From Botryllus schlosseri (taxonomy: Eukaryota), in NCBI GenBank assembly GCA_051294905.1, contig CM119371.1, positions 38,194,001 to 38,258,000 on the forward strand: DNA of 64,000 nucleotides, in the 5' to 3' direction. The position numbers were made by a program, and so were the translations under genes. How positions within the stretch are numbered: position 1 is the stretch's first letter; each line of letters starts with the position of its first letter. The notes beneath the pieces are model-generated. The model was not told the DNA's origin, ran no database searches, and worked only from the letters and a program-made list of their open reading frames with translations. This document shows, in pieces, positions 35,474 through 50,000 of the stretch.

Positions 35474-35696
35474 CATACAATTGAATAGTATATTCACATT
35501 GAAATGAACCCGAATATTTTCGGCTAACACTCGTCGAGATCTCATTTCATGCTGGTAACGTGATATTTCGAGATACAATTGTTGATACACAATGTTCTTT
35601 CGAATTCTCTACTAGTTGCTGAAGATTACCCCTGACGAGTGTCAGCCGAAAACATTAAATTCCACTTCAATATGAATATGCTATTGAGCTGTATAT
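35474..35696. mobile_element. Small hairpin MITE-like element with imperfect long inverted ends
   Basis: ATACAATTGAATAGTATATTCAC...TTTTCGGCTAACACTCGTC mirrored by GACGAGTGTCAGCCGAAAA...TGAATATGCTATTGAGCTGTAT. Confidence 0.55.
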
Positions 35697-36401
35697 CAAG
35701 ACCTAAACATAAATACAATTCCCATAAAGCAGTTTGATACATTGTTCGCCCAATGTACTGAGATTGCAATATACGAAACACATTTTTGTAAGTCAGCATA
35801 TATTCTTAGAACCTGGCCAAGATATTTAACTGCCCTGGTCTTCAGAAATATAAAAGTCACGTAGTATATTTTTGGACTGAATGAAATTGTCCCGAAACGT
35901 GAAATTGTACACCGTGTATCTGGGCCTGGATCTGAATTTCCAATATATTGTTCACGGGCGGTGCATAACAATGCAATAAACAAAACAAACTACTTTTCTC
36001 CAGTATTTTGCCTATGTTGTTGCAATTGTGTCGCAGTTTTGGTAATTGTAACACTATCAATGAATTCGATGTAAAGATTTTTTTGAAATCGGCACATATT
36101 CTCAGAAATACCAAGTCAGATAATATGATGTTGGGATCATTGAAAGTGTGAAGAACCTTACAAACTTTAAATGCAAGCCTAAATTGATACAGTTTTTTTA
36201 ATACTCGCAAGAGTCACGGCCCGCGCAAAAACATAATCCCAATAAACCTGTTCACCATATTGTAGATCCATAGATGATGCGTTACAATTTACATAACGGA
36301 AGCTACAAAATCGCACATGTTCTTAGAATGCGTCCAAAAGATATCAGTCTTCAGAAACAACAAAAGTCACATAGTATGGTTTAGGACTATTGAATTTGTC
36401 T

Positions 36402-37730
<1,329 letters not shown>

Positions 37731-37793
37731 TTAGAGAAAAATCTGTAAAGACACATCGTGCGATGGTGAAATAAATTCATGTAAGCCTATACG

Positions 37794-38574
37794 CAGGGTT
37801 GCCATCGACATGGACCCAAAAATAAGGACAGTCGAAAAATTAGATTAGAATTAAACATGTGTTTTTGTACATACTTTGTATTTATACGAGCCGTGATAAA
37901 TCACATTCCAAACTTTGCACCAGAAAATCTGCTTCAGCAACTCCTCGTTATCAAAAAGTGCTTCATAGATCTCACGACACCTCAGGTCTGAAATTACCCT
38001 TATTTGTAGCTCGGATTTCAATTCAATTCAATTAAAAATTTCATCGCTATCATAAGCCACAAGACTGCGATACAATGAAAGATAGGAAGGTGTCGAAACG
38101 ACTTGGAATAGTCTCTGAAATCAGACACCCACCTGGTCTACGCGACTTAGAATAGGAGGCATGCACACGGAATTGAAAGTATAAGAAGATAATATAAAAG
38201 GACAGGTGACATGACAAAGAAGGAGTCATGAGTCCGTGCTATACAATCACTCACTGCCCTACCTATTTCACTACTTGGATGTCAATCCTGTGTTGTGTAC
38301 GCCTGTACGGTAGGTATACGCCACGAGAGTTCCTTTCATTTATGATGTCATGAAAGCTCGGCGCATAAGCATAATTTTATAATATTATGAAACAACAGAC
38401 ACCAGAGGAAAACGATCGACGATCGTAGTTCTATAGTTGTTGAAAATAAGACAAGATAAGGACACAAGTCAAAAACAAGGACATTTCTTAAAAATAAGGA
38501 CAGTTGAGTTTTTTAAGACCTGGATATTCAAAATAAGGACAAACCTCAGAAATAAGGACGGTATGGCAACCCTG
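37794..38574. mobile_element. hAT-type non-autonomous element immediately upstream of PSMC2
   Basis: CAGGGTTGCCAT...ATGGCAACCCTG TIRs; exact 8-bp TSD CCTATACG. Confidence 0.85.
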
Positions 38575-41373
38575 CCTATACGGTTCCATCTACTTTGTGA
38601 ATGTCGGGAATGTAAGCCGCAATGTCGTTGTGCAATATATATACTTGAAGAATCTCAACGAAATGTTGCCGCAATACGGTACAAATTATCATCATCATCA
38701 TCATCATTGGTTTATCAGCAATTTTATCAGTTCAATACACCACAAAAATGCGATACAATGAAAAGACAGGAAGATGTCGAAGCGACAAGGAGTAGTCTAT
38801 GGAATCTGACACCCACCTTGGCCTAGGCGATGTAAAGAGGAGGCATGCACACTGAATGAAAGTAAAGGAGATAGTATAGAAGAAGAATGCGACAAGAAAT
38901 AGGGCGGCATGTCATGGGAAGCGAGATCGATAGGTCAGTCGTGGTCCGGTAATCTTGAGGATGGACTGTATTTATGAGAGCAAACAGCAAAGCGTGTATA
39001 CTGATGAAAAACCGAGCTGTAGCGAAGGGATTGAGAGATTATCAACTCACCTACGGCCGGAATGACAATTACAATAGTATCACAAAAACTCCAGATGTGA
39101 TTTGACAATATAGTAAACTTACAAGTCACTAAATACCGTAAAGCATCTAATGAATGCTAGTCTGCACTCGAGATTACCAGACCACAATCTGACATATCTG
39201 TTTCACCTTACGACACATGTCTCTTCATTTACATCGCTTCTTTAACGTGAATTCAATCTGTTCTACTTTTAAGTTTTAATTCGGCATGCATGATGTATCT
39301 CATTCACATGTTCCAAGACTATAGGTGGATGCAGGATTGAAAGAATATACTTTAGGTGGTTAGCAATTCTTCCAACTTTCTCATTTATTCACAATATCGA
39401 GATGTTTCAAAGTGCTGACTATTTATTAGGTGGACAGAACTAAGACGCCTTCAGAAGCACGTAAATTTGCGAATTAGTGATATTAAGATGACCGAAAAAT
39501 ATAGACATAAGATTGTGCCGTGAAATTGATTCCTTTGATTCAGTAGTTAATAAATATAATCACCTACAAGAAACCAGAATATCTCCCAGTAATAAATAGT
39601 AAAGAAGCTAAGAGATACCGTTATAAACATCAGGATGAACGGCGAACAACGCTGAGTCACAGAATACCTTACTGGCAAAAATCTACTAGAATCTTCTGAC
39701 CCAGTCAACCGTCACGAATGATACCATGGAGCTCTCAATCCCGATCACTGTAAATTAGGCGTAATAATCAATGATATAATAATCAATGATCGTCAGATTA
39801 CATTTTCATCTGAACAAGAAACACGCCATGTACGATGTGATAAAACACAAAGCAATGTAATGAATGAAATCATACTGGTTACTACGTTTCCACTGCGCGC
39901 GAAGCGCGACGAAAACTACAGGCTTGACTCAACTTTGATGAAAATTAAATGTTGATAGTCCATGAAAACAGCCCCAAAATTCCTCAGGCTATCTTCGTAA
40001 TTGAAGGATTGAACTATTTCTACTTGACGAACTGGAAATAGCGTAAAGTACGTATTTATAGCACAAAATGTTACGAAGTAGAAGTAGAAGGAGCGAAAAT
40101 CAGATCTACTTGAGTACGTACCGGAAGTAGAGGAAAGCTACTTGAGTACTTCGAAAAAGTAGAAGTACTTCGTTACTGACCACCTCTGGAAATTGCTTGT
40201 ATTTCGACTTGAATGTCGATATTGTTCCGAGGCATAAGTCAATCTCACTTTTATAGTTTTGACTCATCGAGTCAAGTCGAGTCATTTTCAATTCACCACC
40301 AAGTCAAGTTCGAGTCCAAGTCGACGAGCAGAGGGTCGAGTATAAGTAGAGAGTATAGTGTTATGACTCGAGTGCAAGTCAAAGTCATTCTGTTGGCTGT
40401 TCAGTTTCTATACTTAAAGTCTTACTGCTAGGCCCACTTTCTACAACCCAGATTTGGTGATATCGAATGCTTCACATTCATAATATACTAGTTTTCCTCA
40501 ATTTCAACCGTTTCTTGTCGCATTTTCTAGTATCCGCACTGATAAACAAATTACCTATCCTGGTAATTTTACTACTAAAATCTGAGCCTTAAATCTAAAA
40601 AAGACCTGATGAAGAAAGAAAAAGAGCATGAAATAGCTTTTAATGGGACTAGCAACCCAAAAAATCAAAATTTTCGATTTTTTTTCTGGTAGGAAATATT
40701 AACATTGTATCTCTAATGTCGCCTCATGGCCTTATTTCACCCAAACAATAATTAAAAACTGCAAAATTTCTATTTTATTTTATTTTGATAATGGGGTGGG
40801 GGGGGGGGTTTCAAGTTTCAACCAAAAGATCTCATATTTTGTCTGATAACTCTATAAAATATATGGTTTGACAGGTATAAAATATGTATATCTATATTAT
40901 CTCCGGGTACAAATTTGTTAGATTGTTGTCAGTTGTCATTCAAGCATTCTGGCGCTCATTCTTATCATTACATCGGTAATACTTGTTCATTGACTTTTTA
41001 CTTTCCAATGTTTGTAAGTGTTTTTCTCAATTATAAAATTTTGTTACGTCACATCACGGTAAACCAAAAATTTGTATGAAATATTTGTCCTAAATGATTC
41101 ACTCAAGGTTTTTTGGAAAGCTGACATCCAGACCTGTGCTATGCTAAAAGTTTTTTGACATAGGTCTACCATGCTAAGAGTTACAGAACTTCAAAGCAAA
41201 CTTACTTCTCCGAGATGAGTATCGCATATTCCTTCAAATTTTAGCATAGCACAGCACTGTCCTAGTGCTTCCTAAAGAAGGCGTTAGATCGGAAAAACGG
41301 CTTCACAATTTTGAGATTTTGCATTCCCCGTGTCGGTGCATTTTCTGTCCTTCGAATCCACTATATGCCAGTC

Positions 41374-43840
41374 CAGACATGGGGTGATTACTTCATGAAT
41401 GTAATCGATTGCGATTACGATTACTTCCGAATGACGCGATTACGATTACGATTACGATTACAGCAAAATCAGGAAGTAGTCGATTACGATTACGATTACA
41501 TTGGAAAAGTAATCACGATTACTCACGATTACATTTATTTTACATCTTATAAGCTGTGCTGGAAGACAATATATGGATTGCGCTGAAAAGGCCTAATGAG
41601 ATAACAAACTCCCTTTAAAAAAGATGCGTCATTTGCTTGTTACGTCATAATGTAACTATTGCCCATTTTTATGGAGGTCAATTTATCGCGCCCATCGATT
41701 TGCATTCTTGCCAGGGCCATAACTGCCGCACCCCAAAGTTCCCAATAGGGTGGAGAGCGAGCTCGTAGAGGGGACTCAAAAAGTATTTCATAAACCAAAA
41801 TAGTTATAGAGTATTTTCGAGAGATCTAAGTAACTTGAAATCCTCTCTAGATCAGTGATTCCTAACCAGGGCTCCCAGCTAGCCAACTCGCAGCTCCTAT
41901 TGACGTTGGAAAATCCAACAAAAATAATAAAAAATCAATCTATAACACACAAAAAAATTGATATTAAAAATTACACTGGCTTGGCTTGGAAACTTGAGTT
42001 TATAATTAAGGGTGGACACCAATTCCTTTGCTGTCGAGTAACGATTCTCTACTCAGCAACGATTTCGTTACTCAACTCACGTCAGAAAGTATGCTCACAC
42101 TCAAATGCGTTTGGATGGGCACTCAGATTTAAGTTTGCTTAACATCGGACTTAATTAAGAGCAAGTGGTGTTACAACACGTTTTACAAGGCCATCTGACC
42201 ATCAAACCAATTGAGTTGATTGTTAAGTTCAACGGCCGCATTGACGGAATGAATGCTTTTTTGCCCATGATGAAATTGTTTTCAAGTCCCATTGTAGTTA
42301 ATGTGGTCACGGACCCTAGTAATTTACAACTTGAGTTGCTAGACATGCAGTCATGATAAGACATGACAATTTGTTTGTGCGTCTCACGAAAGTTTTTCTT
42401 TTAGTCTGCTACGTTTGAGTCAATACAATATCTTTTGATTATATAACAAATCGGAGGTCACGAATTAACAACATACACTAAAATAAATATAACAAGATAA
42501 TATGAATTATGAATTACGTGCCCCCAGTTCTACTGCTAGGTAATTGTGTGGCGAGATAGCGCAGTGGTATAATCCATGGCTGCAACACCAATGGTTCCTA
42601 CCAAAGTGTTGGAGGTTTATCTAGGCTCCTACTCGCCGCCTCATCCGCATAAGCGGTGTCTTACAAAAAACCTAGAAGTGGGCCGTGCTACAAGTTGGCA
42701 GATACGGAATCAAAAATGTAGAAAATCGGCCTGGTGTATAGGACCGTTAGTCGACAAACACCATGATTACCTCAAACAAATAAACAAACTCTACAGGTAG
42801 ATCTGACCATCGGGAGCTGAGAGAGGATTAAAAACTAAGAGTAATATAATGCAATTACTAATATTATTTACTTATCAACTTGAGATTGCCACCCTATGGG
42901 GCCAAAGACCAACGTTTGTACTGGGGGACGAATTGCTGTTTTGGTCCCGAGTCCAGCTACACGCTAACATGATGTATAAGCACATGGCCATGGCGGTAGA
43001 TCCCAATGTTGAGTAAATAATTGTGAAATAACGATTGGCGCCCGTTTCAAGTAGAGTCATATGAGAATAACAAGAAGCGAACATAAAATTCTGCCTTCAA
43101 CTTAATCAACTTAATACTACAAGGTGCAGTTACGAGAAACGGCAAAACGGCTTGTTTATGATATATATATATCATCAGCTGTTGATTTTACTGCTTCGTT
43201 GTGGAAACCCCAATGTTTTATTTGACGAGTAAAAAATATCAAATCTTTGTCCGGTGTCCGTACGTACTAGATAGGCCTACTGCTCGCCAAGCAGCTACGG
43301 TCAAATTGCGTTTAACTAAGCATAAGCAATTAAGCATAACCATCAGCCATAAGTTACTATTTGAAACTAGGCAGAGCGGAGATAAATTATACTGCTCCGA
43401 AGTAGTGGCGTGTGAAACGTGTTGATAACCTGATATACAGCACGGCGGGTGTTCTTACAATGACACTAATGTACGACGTACGTATATCGAATATCTATTT
43501 AGTGTGGATACTTCTTACACAATGACGCACAAAGCTAATAGGCTGTTTCTGACGTAATAATGAGCTGTGGTGTTTGAAAATCAGACGTTTGTGCTGTCAC
43601 GAGCCTGGTATAATATCTCTTCCTTGTTCACGAATGTTCAGTTTATGTCATATAGTTCTTGCCAAAATAAAAAGTAATCGTTCTTTCACAGAGAAATCGA
43701 TTAGATATGGGAAGTAGTCGATTACGATTACGATTACTTCGGATTTTTTTCGAATGTAATCGATTACGATTACGATTACTTGAAAATGCTGTAATCGTCG
43801 TAATCGATTACGATTACTAATCGCGATTACCCCATGTCTG
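41374..43840. mobile_element. Nested hAT-like element with (GATTAC)n subterminal arrays
   Basis: CAGACATGGGGT...ACCCCATGTCTG TIRs; flanks TATGCCA(GT)C / TATGCCAC. Confidence 0.7.
42548..42790 (+). mobile_element. tRNA-derived SINE copy (B-box region deleted)
   Basis: Similar to 20738-21001. Confidence 0.7.
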
Positions 43841-44751
43841 TATGCCACAACATGCAGAGTAGAAACAAATTCATTGCTTTATTGCATGTAGCATAGCGAC
43901 ATCTAGCGACTGGGAAAATTTCATGGTGATTGGGGTAGCCATACGAAATTTAGGTTTTTGGGTTGCTAGTCCCCTTAAAAAGGACCGATGAAGAAAGAAT
44001 AATATTGAAGAAGACGGTGACATCGGGCACTAGGTCGAGGTGGATGCCAATTCAAGAGAACCCAAGTGGTTGGTCGTTCGTCATCCCCTATCTGTTCATT
44101 ACATCGCATTGCGTGTATTGTATATCGCATTGGACATTGTGCGCGTGTCTTGGGCAGATCAAAATATAATCTGTTGATTGGTTGATTGACTCGAGTCAAA
44201 ACTACAGAAGTGAGATTGACTCGTGACTTGGTTACAACCCTGAGTTTAGAGCTTTTCTCGTTCACTCGACTCCCGTGTCGCTAAATATAAATTTGTTGCA
44301 AAGCTTTCTTAAGTTGAATAGGCCTACTATCTCGCAATACAGAATAATAGTAGGAGTAACTTGTAACACGAGAAATGTTGAGTGTTGGTGAGATTTAGAG
44401 CTCAATAGTGACTCTAGCGGTTATCCGTAACCTCGTGATTTGTTAATCAGTTTGAGGCTTGGTGCTGGTGATGATTTTTGTCACTGATTCAATTAGTCAA
44501 GATTAGGGATATAATGGATTTGGTTATTGTATTGTTTGGTGCATCGTTCAGATGGATGGATGGATTCAGACCGATTTGTAACCGCTACCTTGAAGTTGAC
44601 GTGGACTTTCTATTTATAAATTTGTGATCCTATTTCAGTAATTGCTTGAATTACTTTGACCGTGTCTCAGGGGTAGGCTCGGATCATAGGATGCATAGAA
44701 ACTAAGGTAGTGGTTTGAAACGAGGTAGCAAGCTACTCGAACAGTCTAAGC

Positions 44752-46393
44752 CAATGGTTCTTAACCTTTTTTCCTCCAGCGGCTCCTTTCAAAAATTATC
44801 GTGCTCCAGCGCCCCCCACCTCATATCCTCATATTGTAAGGATTGCAATAAAAAAATGGGTAAGAGGGGGGCGTAACAGCACTTCTTCAGTACCCTAAAA
44901 ATGATTGTCTTGCGCACCCATAGCGTGATATATCAAATTTCTTAGGCAATGTTCCCTCTAATTTTTGACGAGTCTCCGCACACTCACCAACTCACTGCGT
45001 AGACACTTAAAAACAGTGCGTAACGTCTAAAAAAAGGTCATCACTTCCGATTTTTTGTGCGCAACTTAAATTTTCTGTGCGCATAGACCGTGTCAGCACT
45101 GCACATTTGCGCACGTGCGCAGCTTCGAGGGAACCTTGTTCTTAGAGTTCTGCCTGAAGAACCCCGTCGCGTGATTTCGATGGTCAGCAAAGTTTGTGTG
45201 ACCTGGTCGCCCTAGGCGCCAAAATTTTCTATAATGCATGAATGAATAGGTGGTAATTGCATATATGTCGCTAGAAAATTTTTATCCTCTCAGTCCACGT
45301 AATCAGATTTCTCAGTAGCGCTGAGTGAGATGTTGTATTGGAAAATGGAGGCCATGTAATTATTAATTGAACATTTTCGGGCGTGCCCGTTGGTACAATT
45401 AATTCGTTACATGTTGTTATTTCATTACTTTTTTTCCGCTATATAGTCAAAAGATAATGAAACACATAAACGTAATTAACTAAAGTAAGCACACGATTCC
45501 AAATTTGGATTTCTTCACTGGCAAATATTCAGGGTCAAATCAAGGTTGTTAGAACAACAATCGGGCACGGTCTCATACCCTGTAGTTTGAACCATCCCGA
45601 AGTCACATCTGCGATTGGCAATACGGGGAAATTAATGGTATCGGATTTTGTCTTGGTGCTTTGTGTAACAATAAGTAAGTCAACTGAGAAGGGGATGCAT
45701 ATTTCTGCTCACATTGAATTTAGTACTGAACCCAGCAGTTATTAATGTCAACATGAATGTATTCCAAACAAAGCAACTGATATTATATAACGTTCATGTG
45801 AGGTTGTGAACCGCAACACTATAGATATTAGATAGTATCATCCTTTATGATACGATGAAGAAATATTATGGCGATTTAATTTTGTAGCTTTCAAATACAA
45901 GTATACTTAGTTATTACTTTCATGCAAAAACCTTCAAAACTCATTTTACGTACAAGGGACTCTCACACTTAAAAGTGATATACAGTGCCTCCTTCGATTT
46001 TCACGCGCTGTGCGCAGCGAGATATAATACCCAATTCGAAACATTTTGTTGAAAATAACCCTAGCAAGCGTGACGGCAGTGTATTAACGAGAAATTGGAG
46101 AACTAAAATTACGCACAATTTGTTTTACATGAATTATATCAACCCACTACATTTATGAAAACATTTGTAGCAAACATCGCCGCGTAGCGCGACCAAAAAT
46201 TTATGGATTTGACATGTTTTGTGGAATGTTGATTTGCTCTGAATACTCATTAAGGATATGTCCTACTACCACATCATCCATTGCGAAGCCATTTTTCTTC
46301 ATCGCCCCCCATATCGCCCCATGAGCGTTTCTGCCCCCTTCAAAATCGCCAGCGTCCGTTGGTGGACGCTGGAGGCAAGGCTAAGAACCACCG
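44752..46393. mobile_element. Old hAT (Charlie-like) non-autonomous element with a nested small element at ~44947-45138
   Basis: CAATGGTTCTTAACCT...AGGCTAAGAACCACCG; degenerate 8-bp TSD GTCTAAGC/GTGTAAGT. Confidence 0.55.
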
Positions 46394-47057
46394 GTGTAAG
46401 TGGATACAGCCAAGTCTCTAATCGAGCCAAATATACCGTACCATCGTAACCAGGCGAAGATCAAAAGTACGTGACATAACTTGTTAGAAATGATAGACAC
46501 CTGATTAGACATATCCCGACAGACAGATATCAGATTATGACTCGATACCCTCGAAACCGATTATTGGCACCTTCACCAACAACCGCGATATATTCAGCCG
46601 ATATCGAATGCTTCAAAGCATGTATTCGAACATATTTGCAGCCATCGTCATCCTTGCTCATGAAATAGACTACAAAGGCTGCGTTAGGACACCCGTAAGC
46701 AGAAGCGTCAGCTACAAGAAATATAATTGTATTCCCAGTCTAATAGCAGTCGCTTATTATAGAAATATAAATCGCTGCTATCATGATATGGCTTGTTTTA
46801 CCTCAAATGACCAATAGCGATGTTTCTTTCAATGGCGCAAAATCGAATCGGGTTTTTGCTGGTACAGCCTGCCGTCAAAATGTATGACCGCTAGATGCCG
46901 ATATATATCAATGACATATGCATAATTAAATCATTCATCCGTAGTTTCTCCCCCAAAATCAAGACATATTCTCTTATAGACGTATTTTGCGCAATAAAAC
47001 AACATTATCTAAAATGCAATATCAACTCAAAGGAAGTAACACGCAGTAGGGCAAACG

Positions 47058-50000
47058 CTAGCTTTTTGGCGTGAACTTTAAAAGCGTGTCGTCCGGTACG
47101 AGTCTCTTGTAAATGTCCAATGTCTCTTTGTCTGTGTCTGGCATCAGTTTCACGACTAGAGGCAGCCGGCTCATCTTTCTCACCCAAGTCTGCAGCTTGA
47201 CGCATTCGCGGCGTTCTGTCTTTGGGAGCCACGGCCCCACCTGCGAATGTTTTGACAGGTAAGTCACCCAGAAATGGTTGGTAACGAAGGACTGTAGGCC
47301 TACTTTATAGAAGTACTCGAGTAAGTTATGCTAACATGCATGCAGTACCCGAGCGGCTATATAGGTAGACTACGTCCACATCTATTTCACATTTTCCTAG
47401 TAAATCTGGATACTTTTTACATTGTGGAATTCGAAAAGAGGAAAGTCTTTTTGGGATAAGTTTTCATCACTTATGTGGTTGAAGTCGTCATCGGAACCGC
47501 ACTAATATATTTTCCGAGATTGCGCCTGGGAGCGTGGCCAGCCGAAAAAAAGAAGGGGGTTTGAAAGAAAGGCGAGGGGTTTGGATTTTTGTCAAATTTA
47601 CCAATATATCATCAATTGATTAAGGTTAAGTAGGCTCGCATGCGAAAATTACGAATATACAAGCTTCTCGTAATCAATTCGCGTACAAAGAAAACAATCT
47701 CAGCGGAAGAACGCGTGCCGTTGAAGCAGCCGATTCTCGCTAATTGACATCACGCTTCTCGCCAATTGGCAGCACGCAATAATGATAATACGAATTACTG
47801 AATAATAACGGAATATCGAAGATAAAATGGGACCTGGGCATTTCAAAGGGAGGGATTTCAAATTAGAAAAGGGATGGATTTCGACCCCCCAAAATCCCCC
47901 GCCGACTACGCGCCCGATTGCACAATGCACATAGTCGTAGCGTCATTATTAGCTTCATCATTTATGTAAAGTATGCGAAACCTCGACCAAGTCCAGTGTT
48001 CGAAACTATTATCATTCGACCACCTGTCAAGACCATAAGAAAAGACCGCTACAACGTTTCGAACCTTTTCGATCCATGGATACAATCCGTAGTCGAGAAC
48101 GTCTGGTGCTTTCCCGCCGAAAAACGGCCCAACGGACCCGTCGAGAATGTTTTCCAAATAGGAGATAGACTCAAAGAAGAGGTCCAACCCTTCTCGAGGA
48201 TTCCCCGTCAACACCGAACGATAAAACAGAGGCTCGATCTAAATGAGAAAGGTTCACTATGATCACGTAATGATGTCATGGCTGATTCCTCCAATGCCAA
48301 ATTTGGACAGCGCCTAAATTGGTCGTTCTAAACCAGGGGTTCTCAACCTGGGGGGCGCGCCCCCCTTGGGGGGCGCGGGAGGCTCTCAGGGGGGGCGCGA
48401 AAAATTGACGAAGTCAGTATAGGGGGGGCGCGAAAAATTGACAAAGTCAGTATAAATTGTACGTGTCTGAACATGTGTTTCACATCCATTATGAGAAGAC
48501 GATTAATGAAGGTGAAATTTATTCCATATTCAAGAAAGCTTGCAAAATACAAACTCTAGCAACAGCGCTCAACTGAGTATAGTCTGATTTCAACTTCATT
48601 TGAGCAAATTTTTGAAATTCTTTGGAGATATAGAGAGCAATTCCCACGTGTAAGTCATTCATGGCTTCATAGCTTTGACAGTAGCCTAAAGCTTGTCGCG
48701 CTGGGCAGCTCTTGTTAGTAGCTTACGAACTGCACTGCCTAAGACAGACTTAGATGCAACATAGGTTACCCGGTTTCGCCCTCAATTAGGCTATAAATCA
48801 ACACAATTAATTCATTTCGAAAACTGATCAAATTTAGCCTGGCAGGACAGAACGACGCCTTGCTCTCTGTACTCACTAGCAGCATCAGGATTAGTCTCAG
48901 GGTGACCTACATTGAAATTAATTGGATGTCTTGTTCAATGTTTTTTGTTATTTTCAAACAAATTTGAAGAAATTTGTCAGCAATGTAAAAGACTCAACAA
49001 CTGGATTGCAGATTCAAAATTTGCGTAACATATACCTTATGTATGCTATTAGATCAGGGGTGGGCAGCCTGCAGCCGTAGAAGGGAATTTGAGCGGCCGT
49101 CGACGCCTAATTCAATTAGTATGTGTTGGCGGCCGTACACATGCCAATTGCAATTACGAATTCACTCCCGCATTTTCGAGAGATTTTAATTAATCTTGAA
49201 ATTTTCTTCGCCCTCCGCGCAATTCAACAAGACTTCATTTTTCTATTTTAATGCAGTAGCGCCCTTCTTAATCTGAACCAGAATGGGAATTGGCAAGAAA
49301 TAGCAATTCGTTTGCGGCCCTGAAAAATTTTCGCGCTCCGCGCGACAATATGAACCTCCCGGCAACTATTCATAACATTGCCACTCGCGATTTCGGTGAG
49401 TACAATAGGCCATTGTGAAAAGTAGAATAGTCCGGAGTTCACCGGAAATGGATGTGGACAGTTTACCGTAGGAATTTTGCGTCCAGATCGTTCATTGCGG
49501 CTATGCCCTGGAATGTGGCCTTACGCTACATAAGCAATCGAAATGCGGTCATGATTATCAAACACGTTGCCCACCTCTGTATTAGATGATGTGCTCTTTT
49601 TGACATGACGAAAAATGCAAGGGGGGTCAGGGGGCGCGAGTTTTTTGACCATCTCCAAGGGGGGCGCGTGTCAAAAAAGGTTGAGAACCACTGTTCTAAA
49701 CCTTCTTAGACTCATCGCCCCATTGTCAAGCTCGACACAAATTTTCGGCCCTTTCATTTACGGATACGAAGAAAAGGACGTTAAACGGGAAATTTATTCA
49801 TCTAACTCTGATCGCTCGTGAATTGACTAAAAAAAAGTCATTTTCAAAGTAGGTACACATGAAACTGGTTTTCGCGTCTATACTTTCCGTTAAGTTTTTT
49901 GTTGTTGTATTCATGGTGTTTGTCGACTACCATGGTCAATAGTAATTTACATCAGGTCAATTCTTTTCATTTTTACTCGTAGCACGGCCCACTTCTAGGC

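Larger units (their letters stand above)
40644..43974. mobile_element. TTAA-targeting non-autonomous DNA transposon (Kolobok-like), containing nested elements
   Basis: TTAA on both sides; TIR GGGACTAGCAACCCAAAAA / TTTTTGGGTTGCTAGTCCC. Confidence 0.7.
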
